From: Clostridia bacterium
Lineage (GTDB): Bacteria > Bacillota > Clostridia > Christensenellales > JBMNLC01
Reading direction: 5' to 3'
Length of the DNA stretch: 64,000 nucleotides
Assembly (NCBI GenBank): GCA_050952525.1
Contig: JBMNLC010000005.1
Span: 256,959-320,958 of the forward strand
Below are positions 58,012-64,000 of the stretch, one piece after another. Position 1 is the stretch's first letter. Each line of letters begins with the position of its first letter. Under the pieces are notes generated by a model. It saw nothing but the letters and a program-made list of their open reading frames with translations, was not told the DNA's origin and searched no databases. The position numbers and the translations under genes are program-made.

Positions 58012-59055
58012 ATGATGAAAAAGTTTCGTATTATTTTAGTTGGATGCGGAGACATTTCCCATCAATGGATACAGCACATCATCCAGCGTAAGGACTGTGA
58101 ATTTGCCGCATTGGTGGAAATCAACACAGAAAGGGCGGCAGCCATAAAGGAGAAGTACAGCCTGGATTGCCCTGTCTTTACCACATTGGATGAAGCAATG
58201 AAAAAGGTGGAAGCCAATCTGGTATGTGATTTGACCTATGTGACCGTGCACCATGAGATTGTGACAAAAGCCCTGTATGCTGGATATGATGTGTTGGGCG
58301 AGAAACCTATGGCCGTAAGTGCCGAACAAGCAAATGAAATGGCTCTGGCTGCCGAGAGGACCGGGAAACGGTATATTGTCATGCAAAACCGCCGGTATAT
58401 CCAACAGGTGCGGGATATAAGGAATCTGATTCAGTCAGGTATTATGGGCAAACCGGTATTTGTGTGCGGAGAGATATTTGTAGCAGCCGATATGGCAAGT
58501 ATCCGCAACCAATTGGCATACCCCCAGCTGCAGGACAATAACATCCATATCTTTGACCATGCCAGGTATCTGGCCGATGCAAAGCCGGTTTCGGTATATT
58601 ATCACAGCTTCAATCCGGCAGGATCCAAGTATGCGGGAGATGCTGCAGGTGTGGCCATATTTGAGTTTGACAACGGTGCGGTGTTTTCTTTCCAGGGATA
58701 TAACGGAGCCGAGGGCTGCCATACCAGCTGGGACCACTCCTGGCGGATTTGCTGCGAACGCGGCACAATCCTTTGGAACGGGAAAGATGACGTCCGGTAT
58801 GAATATACGGAAACGATTGGCACCTACCAATATAAATCCGGTATCATCCATGCGCCTGCCCAGGTACGCTCTCAGCATGACTGGGCGCTTGAGGATATGT
58901 TTCATGCATTGATTACAGGAGAAAAGGCATCGACTGAATATACCGACAATCTGCACAGTATCGCCATGGTGTTTGGCTGTCTCAAAAGCATTCAGGAAGG
59001 ACGTAAGGTGGGAATTCAGGTAAGAGACGAGTTCCCTTATATTACCTTGAAATAG
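58012..59055 (+). CDS. Gfo/Idh/MocA-family NAD(P)-dependent oxidoreductase
   Basis: ILVGCGDIS Rossmann motif, VLGEKPMA, QNRRY, DNNIHIFD. Confidence 0.92.
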   Translation: MMKKFRIILVGCGDISHQWIQHIIQRKDCEFAALVEINTERAAAIKEKYSLDCPVFTTLDEAMKKVEANLVCDLTYVTVHHEIVTKALYAGYDVLGEKPMAVSAEQANEMALAAERTGKRYIVMQNRRYIQQVRDIRNLIQSGIMGKPVFVCGEIFVAADMASIRNQLAYPQLQDNNIHIFDHARYLADAKPVSVYYHSFNPAGSKYAGDAAGVAIFEFDNGAVFSFQGYNGAEGCHTSWDHSWRICCERGTILWNGKDDVRYEYTETIGTYQYKSGIIHAPAQVRSQHDWALEDMFHALITGEKASTEYTDNLHSIAMVFGCLKSIQEGRKVGIQVRDEFPYITLK

Positions 59056-59221
59056 TATCGACACTATCAATCATTTTCTGATTGACCTTTGATTTCCCAG
59101 TATGCTTTCAAATTTTGATGTTTCGTGCTTACCATTTGGAGTGATTAGATGGATTTTGCGAACTTATATTGATACTAGCTATTTTTTCTTTTCATTGGGA
59201 TGATTTGTATCCTTGAAAACA

Positions 59222-59250
59222 TTGGACAATTGGATGACAGAGGTTATAAT
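59222..59250 (+). promoter_or_regulatory. SigA promoter of patB/malY
   Basis: TTGGAC-17 bp-TATAAT. Confidence 0.6.
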
Positions 59251-59399
59251 AATGTTGGCCAGCTTTCAAATGTCGATAGGCCTTGGAGAGTATTTTCCAG
59301 GGGCAGACGACTCCTGCCTGCCCGCAGACATTTATTCACGACATGGGAATGCAGCAGATTGACTGAATACATGATCGATGGACGGATTGAGGAGGCTTT

Positions 59400-60587
59400 A
59401 TGAAGTACGATTTTGATACAATCATAGACCGTAGAAATACAAACTGTGTAAAGTACGACTTTATGGAGGAGCACGATAGGCCCAAGGATGTGATACCTCT
59501 ATGGGTAGCCGATATGGATTTTCAGACTGCACCGGCAATCATTGAGCGCTTGAAAAGAATAGTTGAGCATGGGATCTATGGTTATTCCGGTGTAAAGGCA
59601 GATTATTTCAAGGCCGTCGAAAGATGGTTCAGCTCCCGCTTTGCCTGGAAAGTTCAGGAGGATTGGCTGGTAAGGACTCCGGGTGTGGTGTATGCCATTG
59701 CCACATCCATCCAGGCTTTGACTAAGGAAAAGGATGCCGTCTTAATCCAACAACCGGTTTATCATCCCTTTAGAAGTACAGTCCTGGTCAATCACCGGAG
59801 GCTGGTCAATTCACCCCTGGTTCTAAGGGACGGTCGTTATGAAATTGATTTTGAGGACTTTGAAAATAAAATCCGAGAGGAAAATGTGAAGCTCTTTATC
59901 CTCTGCAGCCCCCATAATCCGGTTGGAAGGGTTTGGACAAGGGAGGAGCTTACAAAAATCGGCGAGATTTGCTTAAGGCATCAAGTGATTGTTGTGAGTG
60001 ATGAAATCCATAGTGATTTTATTTATCCCGGGCATTCCCATACGGTTTTTGCTTCCATTGATGAGGCCTTCGCCCAAAACAGCATTACCTGCACAGCACC
60101 GAGCAAAACCTTTAATCTGGCGGGCCTGCAGGTATCCAATATCTTCATTCCGAATGAGGAGTTGAGGAAGCGTTTTACGGATGAAATGAAGAAAGCCGGG
60201 ATTGGCGGGCTGAATGTCATGGCATTGGCTGCATGTCAGGCTGCCTACGAAGAAGGTGAAGAATGGCTGGAACAGTTGAAGAGTTGTCTGTATGAAAATC
60301 TACAATTTATCCGTCGCTTTTTAAAAGAGAAGCTTCCGCAGATCCGACTGATTGAACCGGAAGGGTCCTATCTGATCTGGCTGGATTTTCGGGGGCTGGG
60401 TCTAAACAAGGAGGATTTGGAGGACTTTATTGTAAACAAAGCCGGGCTTTGGCTGAATGCAGGCGATATGTTCGGAAGAGAAGGGGAAGGTTTTCAACGG
60501 ATGAATATCGCCTGTCCAAGGGCAATTCTGGAGCGGACTTTCCATCAGTTGGAAGAGGCAGTAAACAGCCTATCCCGGGAATCATGA
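59400..60587 (+). CDS. patB: PLP-dependent C-S lyase (MalY/PatB, cystathionine beta-lyase family)
   Basis: PLWVADMDF, CSPHNPVGRVW, SDEIH, APSKTFNLAG. Confidence 0.92.
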   Translation: MKYDFDTIIDRRNTNCVKYDFMEEHDRPKDVIPLWVADMDFQTAPAIIERLKRIVEHGIYGYSGVKADYFKAVERWFSSRFAWKVQEDWLVRTPGVVYAIATSIQALTKEKDAVLIQQPVYHPFRSTVLVNHRRLVNSPLVLRDGRYEIDFEDFENKIREENVKLFILCSPHNPVGRVWTREELTKIGEICLRHQVIVVSDEIHSDFIYPGHSHTVFASIDEAFAQNSITCTAPSKTFNLAGLQVSNIFIPNEELRKRFTDEMKKAGIGGLNVMALAACQAAYEEGEEWLEQLKSCLYENLQFIRRFLKEKLPQIRLIEPEGSYLIWLDFRGLGLNKEDLEDFIVNKAGLWLNAGDMFGREGEGFQRMNIACPRAILERTFHQLEEAVNSLSRES

Positions 60588-60886
60588 CTGAAAAAGAGAT
60601 CTTGATTATTAGAGCGTCGAGGGGTCATCCATTCGGCGTTTCTTTTTTATCCAGAGCAGCGTATCCTGTCTGACAAAGCCACTTCTCTTTTTTTATATTT
60701 TTATAGACACAGCGGCCGGTATGGTGTAAAATCGAAATGGATAAAGATGGAATATCCATTCCTGTTGCGTTCCCTTGGCAGGATATTCGTCAGGGGTACG
60801 GATTTTTGGGTATAATAGTATATAAGGTTTACATAGTCTCTTTATAGCAAAAGAAAAAAAGGCTCAATTCGAGAGGAGGATTTTCT

Positions 60887-61807
60887 ATGTATGACGTGAT
60901 TATTATCGGTGGAGGTCCGGCCGGATTGACGGCAGGGCTATATACATGCCGGGGAGGCCTGAAGACCCTGCTCTTTGAGAAGATGTTCGTAGGGGGGCAG
61001 GCTGCAACGACATATATGGTCGAAAATTTTCCCGGTTTTGATGAAGGAATCAGCGGTCCGGATCTGTCCATGAAAATGGAAGCTCAGGCCCGTAAGTTTG
61101 GCATTGAGATCCTCTATGAGGATGTCAAAGAACTGGATTTGGATGGGGATATCAAAAAAGTAGTTACTGATAAAGGAACCTATGAAGCCAAAGCGCTTAT
61201 ACTGTGTATGGGAGCGAATCCTAGGACCCTTGGCCTCGATAAAGAGGATCGTTTCCGGGGAGCCGGTGTGTCATACTGTGCTACCTGTGACGGTGCCTTC
61301 TACAGAGATCGGGAAGTGGCCATCGTAGGAGGCGGGGATACGGCTGCCGAAGATGCCGTCTACCTCAGCAAATTTGTGAAGAGGGTCTATTTAATCCACC
61401 GTAGAGATGAGCTGAGAGCCACCAAAATTCTCCAGGAGAGGGTCCTCAATAACGACAGGATTACTCCGGTATGGGATTCCGTGGTGGAAGAGATCCTTGG
61501 CGAAGACACCGTAGAGGGCATCAGGGTCAAAAACGTGAAGAGCGGTGAGACCAAGGAACTGAAGATTGACGGTCTTTTTATCGCCATTGGCCTGATCCCC
61601 AACACGGATTTGGTGAAGGATAAGCTGCAAACAAGTGCAGGGGGTTACCTGATTACGGATGAGGAGATGAAGACAAACATTCCGGGAGTTTTTGCTGCCG
61701 GCGATATCCGGCAAAAAAGCCTTTGGCAATTGGTTACAGCTGCTGCTGACGGAGCCATTGCCGCCTCCTCTGCGGCTAAATATATTGACGAGCATTTCGA
61801 TGCTTGA
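60887..61807 (+). CDS. trxB: Thioredoxin-disulfide reductase
   Basis: GGGPAG, GVSYCATCDG, VGGGDTA, FAAGD. Confidence 0.96.
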   Translation: MYDVIIIGGGPAGLTAGLYTCRGGLKTLLFEKMFVGGQAATTYMVENFPGFDEGISGPDLSMKMEAQARKFGIEILYEDVKELDLDGDIKKVVTDKGTYEAKALILCMGANPRTLGLDKEDRFRGAGVSYCATCDGAFYRDREVAIVGGGDTAAEDAVYLSKFVKRVYLIHRRDELRATKILQERVLNNDRITPVWDSVVEEILGEDTVEGIRVKNVKSGETKELKIDGLFIAIGLIPNTDLVKDKLQTSAGGYLITDEEMKTNIPGVFAAGDIRQKSLWQLVTAAADGAIAASSAAKYIDEHFDA

Positions 61808-61929
61808 CGGGAGCCTTCAAAGAAGAAATATCCTTAAGTCTTGGTATGCTCCATAGTTCTATGATAGAATAAAATTTGTTTCCAAAAAACCCTTTGCTTT
61901 ATAAGAAAGGGCAAGCAGGAGGAAAAGGT

Positions 61930-63276
61930 ATGGGAAGATTATTTGGCACGGATGGAGTTCGCGGCGTAGCAAACCTTGAAATAACCTGTGATATTGCATT
62001 TCGCTTAGGCCAGGCAGGGGCATATGTCCTGACTTCGGAAAAGCATAAGCCCAAAATTCTGGTAGGACGGGATACCCGCCTTTCCGGAGACATGCTGGAA
62101 GCAGCCTTGGTAGCCGGGATATGTTCGGTAGGAGCTGAAGCGGTTCTTGTGGGGGTCTTACCCACACCCGCCATCGCTTATCTGACCCGGCATTATGGGG
62201 CGGATGCAGGGGTGGTCATATCCGCTTCCCATAATCCTGTGGAGTACAATGGCATTAAGTTCTTTGATGCGGACGGTTATAAACTGCCGGATGCCCTGGA
62301 GGATCGTATTGAAAGCATCATTCTGGATCATGCGGAAACGCTGCCTGTACCAACTGGGACAGGGGTGGGGCGCCTGATCAGAGGGAAAAATGCCGCAAAT
62401 GACTATATGAATTATCTAAAGATCACCATTAATGGGGATTTACAAGGGTTGAAAATCGCACTGGACTGCGCTAATGGAGCTTCCTATGAAGTGGCTCCTG
62501 CCCTGTTCCGGGAGCTGGGAGCGGAAGTCTACACCCTCAGTAGCAGCCCCGACGGGACCAATATCAATGATCGATGCGGCTCCACCTGTCCCGCTCGTCT
62601 GCAGGATTATGTAGTGGAGATAGGGGCTGATGTGGGATTGGCCTTTGATGGGGATGCTGACCGCCTGATTGCCGTGGATGAGCTCGGCCAACTTGTTGAC
62701 GGGGATAAAATCATGGTCATCTGTGGCCTGGACATGAAGGAACGAGGCATATTGGCCCGCAATACGGTGGTATCCACCATTATGAGCAATCTGGGCTTCG
62801 ATATTGCCCTGCGGAAAGCCGGCTGTGATGTCGTGAAGACCGCGGTCGGAGACCGGTATGTACTGGAGAAGATGCTTGAAAGGGGCTACAATTTGGGCGG
62901 CGAACAATCCGGCCATATCATCTTCTTAGATTACAACACCACCGGAGATGGCTTGATCACGGCCCTGCAATTGCTGTCTGTAATGGTTAGGAAAAGGAAG
63001 AAGCTTTCAGAGTTGGCCGGCGTGATGGAGGTCCTTCCTCAGGTCCTGGTGAATGCCAGAGTAGACAATGGTAAAAAGCAGGATTATGAAAAGGATGAGA
63101 TCATCCAAAGGGAAATCCAAACCATCGAACGGAAATTCATGGATAGCGGCAGGGTTGTAATCCGCCCATCGGGCACCGAACCTTTGGTGCGGGTAATGAT
63201 CGAGGGGAAGGATAAGGATGAAATCGAAAGGGATGCCAAAGCCCTGGCCCAGCTCATTGAGGAACGGTTGAATTAG
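61930..63276 (+). CDS. glmM: Phosphoglucosamine mutase
   Basis: [35 protein letters not shown]. Confidence 0.97.
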   Translation: MGRLFGTDGVRGVANLEITCDIAFRLGQAGAYVLTSEKHKPKILVGRDTRLSGDMLEAALVAGICSVGAEAVLVGVLPTPAIAYLTRHYGADAGVVISASHNPVEYNGIKFFDADGYKLPDALEDRIESIILDHAETLPVPTGTGVGRLIRGKNAANDYMNYLKITINGDLQGLKIALDCANGASYEVAPALFRELGAEVYTLSSSPDGTNINDRCGSTCPARLQDYVVEIGADVGLAFDGDADRLIAVDELGQLVDGDKIMVICGLDMKERGILARNTVVSTIMSNLGFDIALRKAGCDVVKTAVGDRYVLEKMLERGYNLGGEQSGHIIFLDYNTTGDGLITALQLLSVMVRKRKKLSELAGVMEVLPQVLVNARVDNGKKQDYEKDEIIQREIQTIERKFMDSGRVVIRPSGTEPLVRVMIEGKDKDEIERDAKALAQLIEERLN

Positions 63277-63441
63277 GAATATCGGGAAATCTTTAAAAGG
63301 AAATCTCCTTCTTAAACCCGTAGTAGATGCAAGAGAATCTTCATTTGCAGCTGTTATGATTAGACAGAATCCCAAAGAGTAACTGGATATAAAGCAATAA
63401 AGAAGATCGGCGGTATGGCCTGACAAATTGATGAAATATGG

Positions 63442-63470
63442 AAAGGGCGTGGAAAAATTCCCGCCCTTTA
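63442..63470. terminator. Probable terminator between convergent glmM and hemerythrin
   Basis: AAAGGGCG/CGCCCTTT stem with A/T flanks. Confidence 0.55.
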
Positions 63471-63500
63471 TGCTTTAAACAATGTACAGATTCCAGGGAA

Positions 63501-63902
63501 TTAAAGAGTCTTGGCATAATCGCCTATTTTTTTATCCATGATTCTTATGTGATTCGTAAGCCAGTCTATAACCATTTTATTGGCATTGAGGATAACCAGA
63601 AGGTTACCGCCGGCCTTGTTGTAATCGCTTTTCAATTTGGCAAGTTCATTGATAAAGCTAGCATGTGCTCTCTTTTGAGCCTCAATCTCAGGGTAGCCGA
63701 TTTCTTCCATATAAGCCTCTTCATCTTTGAAGTGTTGCTTTGTATATTCATCCAAGAAATCAAGCGTTGTATTTATGTAATCTTTCGCTCTACGTTCTTT
63801 CCCTGCTTGGAACAGATCATTCGCTTTTTCAAACCATATTTTATGTTGGTCATCAATATGCTTCACGCCGACCGACAAATCAGGAGTCCATACTATTGAC
63901 AT
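63501..63902 (-). CDS. Bacteriohemerythrin
   Basis: W.PDLSVG..IDDQH, HF.DEE, WL.NHI..MD di-iron motifs. Confidence 0.92.
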   Translation of the reverse strand: MSIVWTPDLSVGVKHIDDQHKIWFEKANDLFQAGKERRAKDYINTTLDFLDEYTKQHFKDEEAYMEEIGYPEIEAQKRAHASFINELAKLKSDYNKAGGNLLVILNANKMVIDWLTNHIRIMDKKIGDYAKTL

Positions 63903-64000
63903 ATAAATCCTCCTTTGAGATTAATTTATTATATAGATTGTATAGTTTTTTTCAATTAAATTCAATAGATTTCCAGAATAACAGCGTATTTTGATCTTTT

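Noticed and set aside
63277-63440. glmS ribozyme after glmM (TCGGCGG..ATG.CC resemblance at ~63408)
   Set aside because: Lacks the AGCGCC cleavage-site core and there is no glmS gene downstream

Overview
64-kb segment of a Clostridia-class Firmicute chromosome. The first 37.7 kb is the core transcription/translation supercluster, all on +: nusG, rplKAJL, rpoBC, L7Ae-like gene, rpsL-rpsG-fusA-tuf, S10/spc/alpha operons with rpsD inside the alpha operon, ecfA1A2T, truA, rplM-rpsI. It carries recognisable ribosomal-leader RNAs and one IS30 element inserted just upstream of the rpoB promoter. Directly after rpsI lies an AT-rich type 1 BREX island (brxA-brxB-brxC-pglX-pglZ-brxL). The island is followed by the stub of a seventh gene cut off by a nonsense-inactivated IS256. 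The last 11 kb holds a monofunctional transglycosylase behind a four-box OmpR/PhoB-type array and an uncharacterised sugar-catabolism locus (747-aa GH-like protein, a UGA-interrupted cryptic ORF, TIM-barrel isomerase, Gfo/Idh/MocA dehydrogenase), then patB/malY, trxB, glmM and a hemerythrin. About 15 single-base indels cluster in rpsG/fusA/tuf and in BREX. Because they hit essential genes, they are most likely assembly errors. I found no tRNA, rRNA or CRISPR array. I cannot confirm a wholly new system from sequence alone. The best candidates are the sugar locus, the truncated BREX accessory gene and the structured 3' tail of the IS30.
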